Shown here: positions 26,567 to 33,234 of the stretch, one piece after another
Position numbering within the stretch: position 1 is the first letter of the stretch
How the letters are laid out: every line of letters begins with the position of its first letter
NCBI GenBank assembly: GCA_040905425.1
Contig: JBBDRO010000020.1
Location: forward strand, 20,658-53,891
Direction: 5' to 3'
DNA length: 33,234 nt
Source: Gemmatimonadota bacterium
Lineage (GTDB): Bacteria > Gemmatimonadota > Gemmatimonadetes > Longimicrobiales > RSA9
The notes under the pieces: model-generated
The model's input: the letters and a program-made list of their open reading frames with translations, nothing else
The model's database searches: none
Told to the model about the DNA's origin: nothing
Program-made: the position numbers and the translations under genes

Positions 26567-28446
26567 CCCGTCATGCCTACCGCCCGCCGCATGGCGGCGG
26601 TGATGGATTGCCGGACATCGAAGTACTCCGCCCATGGATCCTCCCGCAGTGACGCCAGTCGCCGCGGGAGGTTCTTTATGTTGTAGCGGTCCGGCTTCAG
26701 CTTCGGTCCCAGTTCGTCCCAGCGCACCGGCACCGCCACGGGCGCCCCGGCCCGCGCCCGGGTGGAGTAGACCTCCACGGCCGTGGCGCCGCGCCCGTTG
26801 CGCAGGTAATCGATGAGCACGCGGCCCTGCCGCTTGGCCTTGGAGATGTTCAGCGTGTAGCGCCGCGGACGGGCCTCTTCCAGCACGGCGCCCACCCGGC
26901 GGGAAAACTCCTTCACCTCGTCCCAGCCCGAACGCCGCTCGATCGGCACCACCAGGTGGAGCCCCTTGCCGCCCGTGGTCTTGGGAAAGCTCCGCAGGCC
27001 CAGCTCGTCCAGCAGGTCCCGGAGCTGGAACGCCGCTTCCAGCACACGTTTCCACGGCACCGACGGATCCGGATCCAGATCCAGCGTGAAGCGGTCGGGC
27101 CGCTCCAGCCGGTCCCGCCGCGCGCCCCACGTATGCAGCTCCAGCGCCCCGATCTGCGCCAGCGCCACCAGCCCCGCGGCCGAATCCACGGCGCCGTACG
27201 GCCGCGGATCATCGGGATTCACCTCCACGCGCACGATGGACTCCGGCGAACTGGCCTCGATGTGCTTCTGGTAAAAGCACTCCTGGTAGCCCGTGGGACA
27301 ACGGACCAGGGTGAGCGGGCGGTTTCGCACGTGCGGGAGCATCCACTCCGCCACGGCCTCGTAATAGCGCGCCAGATCCAGCTTCGTGATGCCCTGGGCC
27401 TTATAGAGCACGCGGTCGGGGCTGGTCAGCCGGACGCCGGCCACCCGGGTGGGCGCGGCCTTGCTCGGGCCGCTCTCAGTCGTCACCTCGTCCTCCTGTC
27501 CGTCCTCGAACACCACGTCGGCGGCGGGCTTGTCCTCGCGCAGTCCCTTGAAGGAAGGGTGCCGGAGACTACCGTCGCCGGTCATCTCCGTGAAGGCCAC
27601 CTCCACCACCATTGCCGGCTCCACCCAGTGCACGCCGCGTGCGCCGGCGCCGCGCGGCGGGTTGGAGAAGGGCGGGGCGGGGCGCTCCAGCACCTGCAGC
27701 CTGTCGTGGAGCTTGCGCAGCACCGCCGCCGTGAACCCCGTCCCCACCTTCCCCGCATACCGAAGATTATTCGAAGCGTCGTGCGCACCCACCAGCAGCG
27801 CCCCGAAATGGCTGCGCGCGCCCGCGGCCTCCGTAAAGCCACCGACCACGAACTCCTGCCGCCTGGAGCACTTCACCTTGAGCCAATGGCCGCCGCGGCC
27901 CGCGCGGTACGGACTGCCCCTCCGCTTGCTGATGATGCCTTCCAGCCCGTGCCGGCACGCCTGCGCGAAGAAAGCAGGGCCGTTGCCCACAACATGCTCA
28001 CTGTAAGCGACGACGCCCGCCTTGCGTCCCTTCAGTAACGCCTCGAGCCAGGCCTTTCTCTCTTCGAGCGGCCTGGCCCTGAGATCCCGCCCATCCGCCT
28101 CCAGCACGTCGAACAGGAAGTAGCGCAGGTCGGCGCCGGCGGCGGCTCGGGCATTCTGCAGCGCCTGGAAGCTCGTGCTGCCGTCCGGCAGCTGCACGGC
28201 CACCTCACCATCCAGGACGGCCTCCTCGAGCTCCAGAGCCGCCACAGCGTCCGCGATCGGGCCCAGGCGCGCCGTCCAGTCCTTGCCGTTGCGTGACAGC
28301 AGCCGCACACGGCCGTCCCGCACCACGGCCAGGATGCGGTAGCCGTCGTACTTGATCTCGTGCAGCCACCCGGCGCCGGCGGGCGCCTCGGCCGCCAGCC
28401 GCGCCAGCTGCGCCCGGGGCGGCGCGGACGTCGAGCGGGCCATCAT
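26563..28446 (-). CDS. ligD: DNA ligase D (ATP-dependent ligase plus primase-polymerase domains, no phosphoesterase)
   Basis: EIKYDGYR, LDGEV, FDVL, EGIISKR and RQEFVVGG in the ligase; PolDom motifs LTLVRCP, ELHTW, DLDP, KTTGGKGLH and IDYLRN. Confidence 0.95.
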   Translation of the reverse strand: MMARSTSAPPRAQLARLAAEAPAGAGWLHEIKYDGYRILAVVRDGRVRLLSRNGKDWTARLGPIADAVAALELEEAVLDGEVAVQLPDGSTSFQALQNARAAAGADLRYFLFDVLEADGRDLRARPLEERKAWLEALLKGRKAGVVAYSEHVVGNGPAFFAQACRHGLEGIISKRRGSPYRAGRGGHWLKVKCSRRQEFVVGGFTEAAGARSHFGALLVGAHDASNNLRYAGKVGTGFTAAVLRKLHDRLQVLERPAPPFSNPPRGAGARGVHWVEPAMVVEVAFTEMTGDGSLRHPSFKGLREDKPAADVVFEDGQEDEVTTESGPSKAAPTRVAGVRLTSPDRVLYKAQGITKLDLARYYEAVAEWMLPHVRNRPLTLVRCPTGYQECFYQKHIEASSPESIVRVEVNPDDPRPYGAVDSAAGLVALAQIGALELHTWGARRDRLERPDRFTLDLDPDPSVPWKRVLEAAFQLRDLLDELGLRSFPKTTGGKGLHLVVPIERRSGWDEVKEFSRRVGAVLEEARPRRYTLNISKAKRQGRVLIDYLRNGRGATAVEVYSTRARAGAPVAVPVRWDELGPKLKPDRYNIKNLPRRLASLREDPWAEYFDVRQSITAAMRRAVGMTG

Positions 28447-28591
28447 CCTCCTGTGGCTCGAGCCCCGGCGGATCCGGAGTCCGGGAACCGGGCAGGCAAG
28501 GCCCGTGCGCGGCGCCCAAGGCGGCGTTCCTGGCGGCGCCTGCGCGGCATCCCTGGCGACGCCATCATCGATCGCGGCCCCCGCCCGCCGC

Positions 28592-28651
28592 CGAAATCGC
28601 CGCTGGCGGACCCGCCGGCCGCGAAATCGCTCCTAGCGGGCCCGGCGCCGG
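28592..28651 (+). repeat. Degenerate 30-bp tandem duplication upstream of ligD
   Basis: cgaaatcgccgctggcggacccgccggccg / cgaaatcgctcctagcgggcccggcgccgg. Confidence 0.6.
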
Positions 28652-28707
28652 TTGCGGGGCTCCGACGGCATCCGATCCTCAGAAAGCCCGTCCTCACGCC
28701 AAATTAA

Positions 28708-28735
28708 ACTACGCATAATATACATTATGTAAACT
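28708..28735 (+). other. dif site (XerC/XerD chromosome dimer resolution site)
   Basis: ACTACGCATAA-TATACA-TTATGTAAACT with 11-6-11 layout. The XerC arm has the GCATAA core as in E. coli dif; the XerD arm is identical to B. subtilis TTATGTAAACT. Intergenic and AT-rich within GC-rich DNA. Confidence 0.93.
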
Positions 28736-28824
28736 TGCAGTGTGGAGAGGTGTGGAAAAGCCAACAAATGGCCGGCGCGTGCCCCGCTCTCCGCGTCGGC
28801 ACGGCCGCGGCCTCCGCTCAGGCG

Positions 28825-28895
28825 CGCAGCGCGCCGCCGACCACCCGCAGCGCGCCGCCGTCCGCCGGCCACCCGCCGTCCGCCGACCGCCCGCC
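28825..28895 (+). repeat. Low-complexity 7/21-bp periodic repeat
   Basis: cgcagcgcgccgccgaccacc / cgcagcgcgccgccgtccgcc followed by ccgccgN-like units. Confidence 0.65.
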
Positions 28896-28907
28896 CATCG
28901 TGTCACC

Positions 28908-29070
28908 AAACCCGCACGCGCAGCACTCGCCCCGCGCGGTTTCTGCATTTGCAGCAATATCCGCGACTTACGCCGCACGCGCCGCCGCCGAATTCGCGCG
29001 TGCGGGTCTGACCGCAATAATTCGCACAAATCGCCCAACCGCGGCCGCCGACCCCCGCGCGTGCGGGTTT
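28908..29070. repeat. 163-bp segment bounded by perfect 14-bp inverted repeats
   Basis: aaacccgcacgcgc (28908-28921) / gcgcgtgcgggttt (29057-29070), with an extra internal copy cgcgcgtgcgggt at 28995-29007. Confidence 0.7.
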
Positions 29071-29094
29071 CATAGCACCCCGCTGCCGGCAAAC

Positions 29095-29518
29095 GGTGGC
29101 CTGATGCACACTCCCGCCGCCAGATCTGCCGCAACCACGCCGAATTCGAGAAGGATCGCGCGCGATTACACGCGCGTGTGCCCATTCGTTCGACAGTCCC
29201 TGCCGTATTCCCCCGACTCCGTTTGGCCGATTGCCCCCTCAGGACGGCTCTCAGGCGACCTGAGAGGCTCGAACCCCGAGGATATCCCGCTGTGGCGGCC
29301 AGGTCATCGAGCCAACCTTCCGTCCGTCGGATCAGCTCCCGACTTGCGATCTGGCCGCAATGAAACCTGCCGGAACGGCAGGCATCAGCAGAGGAAGTCT
29401 TCCGTGGTAAGCGGGGTCTGATCGGGTCCGATACGCCCACCGGCCACCGATCCGAAATGCCGCGATCGGCCTCCCTGCGCCTCTCCGCAGCGAGCTTCAG
29501 AACGGTTTCGGAACCACC
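29095..29518 (-). ncRNA. Candidate large structured non-coding RNA (unassigned)
   Basis: Dense nested stems in a region with no credible gene; most wobble pairs work on the minus strand. Boundaries come from a possible closing stem and are uncertain. Confidence 0.35.
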
Positions 29519-29590
29519 TAGAATTAACAGCGGACCTGCGCAGCTAACACGCAGATGCACAACGAGATACACCCCACCAGTTAAACCGGT

Positions 29591-30250
29591 CTACAGATCT
29601 TTTTCCACAGCGCCCTGCACCCTTTCGCCCGGCTCCCCATCGCTCAGGCGGAGGAGCTCGGCGCTCATGCGGGCAGCCACGTCCGGGACGTGGCGCTCCC
29701 GCTCGGCGCGGTTACGGATGGGCCCGGGAAACTGGATCGGCGCGCCGAAGCGGATGCGCACCGGGCCGCGTTCCGGGCGCCCCGCCCAGCGCGGCCAGAC
29801 CTCGTAGGAGCCGTGGACGCCCACGGGCACCACCGGGACGCCCGCCCGCAGGATGAGGCGGAGGGTGCCCAGCCGGGGCGGCTGCAGGCGACCGTCCCAG
29901 CTCCGCTCCCCTTCCAGGTACACGCCCACCGGCCGGCCGGCTGCCAGCCGGCGGAGGGCAATGCGCACGGCCTGCGGGTCCACCTGGTAGCGGCGCACGG
30001 GAAATGCGGCCAGGCGCGGCATGTACCAGCCCATGCCGGGCGCCGTGAACTGGGCGCTCCTGGTCATGGTGTGCACCACGGCCGGGCACACGGCCTGGAT
30101 GAGGACGGGGTCCAGGACGCTCTCGTGGTTGGCCACCAGGAGGAAGGGGCCGCTGCGTGGTACGTGCTCCAGACCCTCCACCTGCAGGGGGCGGAGGAGC
30201 GTACGGGCCAGCAGGCGCGCCGTGTACTGGGTCAGCCGGTAGACGATCAC
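29591..30250 (-). CDS. plsC: 1-acyl-sn-glycerol-3-phosphate acyltransferase (PlsC family)
   Basis: VEGLEHVP, VANHESVLDP (HX4D), AFPVRR, YLEGERSWDG and VPVVPVGV. GTG 30250 overlaps the upstream TAG. Confidence 0.85.
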   Translation of the reverse strand: MIVYRLTQYTARLLARTLLRPLQVEGLEHVPRSGPFLLVANHESVLDPVLIQAVCPAVVHTMTRSAQFTAPGMGWYMPRLAAFPVRRYQVDPQAVRIALRRLAAGRPVGVYLEGERSWDGRLQPPRLGTLRLILRAGVPVVPVGVHGSYEVWPRWAGRPERGPVRIRFGAPIQFPGPIRNRAERERHVPDVAARMSAELLRLSDGEPGERVQGAVEKDL

Positions 30251-30858
30251 TAGCCCACCACGCACGGCTGGAACTCGCGGATGGCGCCGCGCTCGCACGC
30301 CCGCCAGTGGCTGCGCAGCGCGGCGGACAGCACCAGCTCCCAGTAGCGGGCCGAGCCGCCCGGGAAGGCCAGCGCCATGACCTCGCGGCCGCGCACCTTG
30401 ATCTGGAGCGTCCGGGAGCTGATCTGGAATCCCGTAACGTCCTCCAGGACCCAGCTTTCCGTGCCTCCGTGGTGGGCCCGGAAGTGGAGCCGGTCCGCAT
30501 CCAGCCGGAGCGTGCCGGCCACCGGATCCGCCAACCGCTCCACCCACCCCACCAGCTCTCCGCGCAGCCGCACCGGCTCCGGCGCCAGCCCGCGGCGCAG
30601 CTCCACGGCGGCCTCCACCGGGAAGCCCGGCTCGAGCACCGGCAGGCGATCCAGCCAGGCGGCCGGCGGCGCGCTCTCCGCCACGCCCGACGGCGCACCC
30701 TCCGCCGCGCCCGCGGACGGCTCCGCCACGATGGTGCCGGCCGGGCCGCGCCGCCAGCGCGCGCCGCAGGAGGTGCAGCGCTCGCCGTCGCTTTGCTGAT
30801 GGATGGATTGCGGGGCCTGACAGAGGGGGCAGGCCCACAGCAGATCGCCGATGGCCAT
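30250..30858 (-). CDS. Hypothetical protein with a CxxC...CxxC zinc ribbon and a beta-rich C-terminal domain
   Basis: LLWACPLC-x13-CTSCG; ATG 30858 lies just after the GT2 stop; coupled to plsC. Confidence 0.7.
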   Translation of the reverse strand: MAIGDLLWACPLCQAPQSIHQQSDGERCTSCGARWRRGPAGTIVAEPSAGAAEGAPSGVAESAPPAAWLDRLPVLEPGFPVEAAVELRRGLAPEPVRLRGELVGWVERLADPVAGTLRLDADRLHFRAHHGGTESWVLEDVTGFQISSRTLQIKVRGREVMALAFPGGSARYWELVLSAALRSHWRACERGAIREFQPCVVG

Positions 30859-30863
30859 GCCGC

Positions 30864-31733
30864 TCAGAGCTTGCCGAAGAGGTCCAGCAGGCGGAGCTTC
30901 CACACCTTCCAGACGGCCTCGCGGATGATGCCCTTGCTCATCTTGGATTCCCCCAACGTGCGGTCCACGAACACGATAGGGATCTCCCCCAGGCGGAAGC
31001 CGCGGCGCCAGGCGCGCATGCTGATCTCGATCTGGAAGGAGTAGCCCTCGGACTCCACCCGGTCCAGGTCGATGCCGGCCAGCACCTCGCGCCGGAAGGC
31101 CTTGAAGCCGCCCGTGGCGTCGGCCACCGGCAGCCCGGTCACGGTGCGGGCGTACACGTTGGCGTAGTAGGAGAGCAGCAGGCGCGCGATGGGCCAGTTG
31201 ACCACCGTCACGCGCCCCTCCAGGTAGCGCGAGCCGAGGACCAGGTCGTGGTCCGCCAGGGCGTCGATGAACTGCGGCAGGTGGCTGGGATCGTGGGAGA
31301 AGTCCGCGTCCATCTCGAAGAGCCAGTCGTAGCCGCGCTCCAGCCCCCAGCGGAAGCCCGCCAGGTAGGCGGTGCCGAGCCCCAGCTTGCCCTCCCGGTG
31401 CAGCACGTGGATGCGCGGCTCGTCCGCCGCCAGCTCGTCGGCCAGCGCGCCCGTGCCGTCCGGCGAGGCGTCGTCGATGACCAGGATCTCCAGGCGCGGG
31501 TCCTGGGCCAGCGCCTGCGGCAGCAGCCGCGGCAGGTTCTCGCGCTCGTTGTACGTGGGCACGATCACCAGGCCACGGCAGGCATGCCGCGACGCCGCGT
31601 CCGCCTCCCTTCCCTGCCCCGCGCGCGCGGCTACGTCGTCTCCGGGGGCCACGTCCCGCGGCGGGCTGACCGGCATGTCGCGCGGAGTCTGGGCCCGCAG
31701 GGCGCGCTCGCGCAGGATATCACTACTGCTCAT
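30864..31733 (-). CDS. Polyprenol monophosphomannose synthase (GT2, DPM1/Ppm1-like)
   Basis: VIVPTYNERENL, IDDASPDGTG, KLGLGTAY, EMDADFSHDP, DATGGFKAFR and GYSFQIE motifs. Confidence 0.93.
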   Translation of the reverse strand: MSSSDILRERALRAQTPRDMPVSPPRDVAPGDDVAARAGQGREADAASRHACRGLVIVPTYNERENLPRLLPQALAQDPRLEILVIDDASPDGTGALADELAADEPRIHVLHREGKLGLGTAYLAGFRWGLERGYDWLFEMDADFSHDPSHLPQFIDALADHDLVLGSRYLEGRVTVVNWPIARLLLSYYANVYARTVTGLPVADATGGFKAFRREVLAGIDLDRVESEGYSFQIEISMRAWRRGFRLGEIPIVFVDRTLGESKMSKGIIREAVWKVWKLRLLDLFGKL

Positions 31734-32770
31734 GGACTACCACTACCCCGCGTGGCCGCATCCGCTCCGTCGCGGTCCGGCAGTACGGGAAGCAAAAGGA
31801 GAGGGAGGAGTTCGGCGGCCGTGAACCAGAGGCGCGAGGCCACGGTGACCACCAGCACGGCGCCGAGCACACCGGGCGGGCTGCCGCCCCAGCCCGCGAA
31901 GGCCGCCTCGAGCAACGCCACCATGGAGAGCTCGCGGGCGCCGATGCCCGCCGGCGCCAGGACCATGGCATAGCCGAACAGGTAGGCGCCCGCCACGGTG
32001 CCCGTGAGGCTCCGCCAGAGCACCTCCGCGCCCGGCACGAAGGCCGCCACGAAGAGGGTGAAGGCCGCGCCGAGCAGGAGCCAGCTGGCGCCGTAGCCCG
32101 CCGCCCACAGCAGCGCCCGGCCGGCCCGCACCCGGTCCGCCAGTTCGAAGGCGCCGTGCACCTTCGCGCCCCTCCGCTGCCCCGCCCGCGCCGCCAGCCA
32201 CGCGCGCGCGGCGTGCCCCGGCGCGGTGGTAGCCACCAGCCAGCCGGCCACGGCGGCGCCGACCAGCGCCAGCGCCGCCAGCAGCGCCCATGGCCCGGCC
32301 CACAGATTCGGCAGGAGGAGCGCAAGCAGCAGGAGGCCGGTGGACAGGAAGGCCAGCTGACCCAGCACCTGGGCCGCGGCGGCGCCGCCGGGCGGCAGCC
32401 CGGCCCGCCCCGAGAGGATGGCCAGCCCCGCGAACTGCCACAGCTTGCCGGGCACGTAGCGCCCCAGGCCGGCCAGGAAATACACGCGCAGCGTGGTGCG
32501 GGCCGCCGGTCGCCCCAGCGCCAGGTCCGTCAGGATGCGCCGCCACAGGAAGGCGTGCGCCAGGTAGACCGCCACCAGGAGCAGGAGCGAGGCGGCCAGC
32601 AGCAGCGGATCGGGCCGCCAGCGCGTGAGGTCGGCGGCGCCCAGCTCGGCGAACTGCGGCGCCAGCGCGCGCCAGATCCACCAGCCCAGGAAGGCCACCA
32701 GCGCCACCTGCGCCAGGGCGCTCCAGCCGCGTCGCCCCCCAGCACGCTCACGCCGCGCCGGCTCAGTCAT
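31730..32770 (-). CDS. Lysylphosphatidylglycerol-synthase-TM / flippase-like (UPF0104) membrane protein
   Basis: Multi-TM protein with LGRYVPGKLW, APAGIGARE and SRLW motifs. Confidence 0.85.
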   Translation of the reverse strand: MTEPARRERAGGRRGWSALAQVALVAFLGWWIWRALAPQFAELGAADLTRWRPDPLLLAASLLLLVAVYLAHAFLWRRILTDLALGRPAARTTLRVYFLAGLGRYVPGKLWQFAGLAILSGRAGLPPGGAAAAQVLGQLAFLSTGLLLLALLLPNLWAGPWALLAALALVGAAVAGWLVATTAPGHAARAWLAARAGQRRGAKVHGAFELADRVRAGRALLWAAGYGASWLLLGAAFTLFVAAFVPGAEVLWRSLTGTVAGAYLFGYAMVLAPAGIGARELSMVALLEAAFAGWGGSPPGVLGAVLVVTVASRLWFTAAELLPLLLLPVLPDRDGADAATRGSGSP

Positions 32771-32834
32771 TGGCGCGCACCGCCACGAGCCCCGCGCGCC
32801 GGCTCAGTCATCGGCGCGCACCGCCACCAGCCCC
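32754..32834. repeat. 41-bp-period tandem duplication of the methyltransferase/flippase junction
   Basis: 32754-32793 versus 32795-32834, 38/40 identical. Confidence 0.92.
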
Positions 32835-33234
32835 ACACGCCGCCGGAGCAGCGGCACCCAGCGCCCCAGCGACCGCTCCGCCAGGGAGAGCCCCGGCAGG
32901 TGCGAGGCCAGATGCGCCACCCGCGCCACCGTGAAGCCGGCCGCCCGCACGACGGCCGCCAGCTCGGCGGCGCTGCGCATGCCGATGTGCGAGGGGTCGC
33001 CGTCGCGCAGCACGCCCGCCGCGCGCAGGCGCTCCAGCAGGTGGCTGCGATCGGGGGTGTAGAGGACCAACTGCCCGCCGGGGCGGAGCACGCGGCGGGC
33101 CTCCGCCAGCAGGCCGCCCAGCGTGCCGTCATCCAGATGCTCGGTGAGGTCAGCGGCCAGGACCACGTCAGCCGTGCCCGCCGCCACGGGCAGCGCCACC
33201 ACGTCGGCGCGCACGAAGGCCGCGCCCGCCACCC
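32804..33234 (-). CDS. Class I SAM-dependent methyltransferase (5'-partial)
   Basis: ADVVALPV..ADVV..DLTEHL..LAEARRVLRPGGQLVLYTP; the frame runs off the window end. Confidence 0.85.
   Translation of the reverse strand, partial: VAGAAFVRADVVALPVAAGTADVVLAADLTEHLDDGTLGGLLAEARRVLRPGGQLVLYTPDRSHLLERLRAAGVLRDGDPSHIGMRSAAELAAVVRAAGFTVARVAHLASHLPGLSLAERSLGRWVPLLRRRVGLVAVRADD

Noticed and set aside
29248..29266. CTCTCAGG resembling a glycine riboswitch
   Set aside because: It is locked in its own perfect hairpin, lacks properly spaced GGAGA and CCGAAG elements, and has no downstream gene.
29391..29420. GAGGAAGTC and (minus strand) CAGACCCCGCTTA resembling RNase P RNA conserved regions
   Set aside because: Both are imperfect, adjacent and on opposite strands; RNase P needs them on one strand about 300 nt apart.
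28709..29572. ORFs 28709..29572 (-) and 28735..29421 (+)
   Set aside because: No recognisable motifs, Arg/Ala/Pro-rich translations typical of non-coding GC-rich frames, and they run through repeats and dif.
30251..30838. N-terminal extension of the plsC ORF (415 aa)
   Set aside because: It overlaps the Zn-ribbon gene in another frame; the coupled GTG at 30250 is the better start.

Overview
Very GC-rich bacterial chromosomal segment, probably Gemmatimonadota or a similar FCB/Acidobacteria-like lineage (inferred from a PadR plus ADOP permease pair, a GWxTD-like protein, a TPM/nucleotidyltransferase/LemA trio and a lipidated Omp85). It contains a 28-bp XerCD dif site at 28708-28735, so it is most likely the replication terminus region. 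Genes in order: end of a probable surE, pcm, dedA, YncD/PqqU-like TonB receptor, a hypothetical, tRNA-Arg(CCT), an atypical DAACS symporter, an outer-membrane protein, TPM-NTase-lemA, padR-ADOP permease, nadE, lgt, a beta-barrel OMP, a GWxTD-like protein, gntR, tamB, a TamA/TamL-like Omp85, a YfgM-like TPR protein, ligD (no ku in the window), dif, an ~850-bp gene-free region, and a minus-strand operon (methyltransferase, flippase-like protein, polyprenol-P-mannose synthase, Zn-ribbon protein, plsC). The most unexplained signals are: a hairpin-dense ~420-nt candidate structured RNA beside dif; direct repeats bracketing the padR-ADOP cassette; ~40-bp duplications of gene junctions that create bridging mini-ORFs; and a DAACS transporter that has lost its canonical NMDG and Arg motifs. 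No CRISPR array, integrase or transposase was seen. All calls come from reading the sequence by eye; no searches or folding programs were run.
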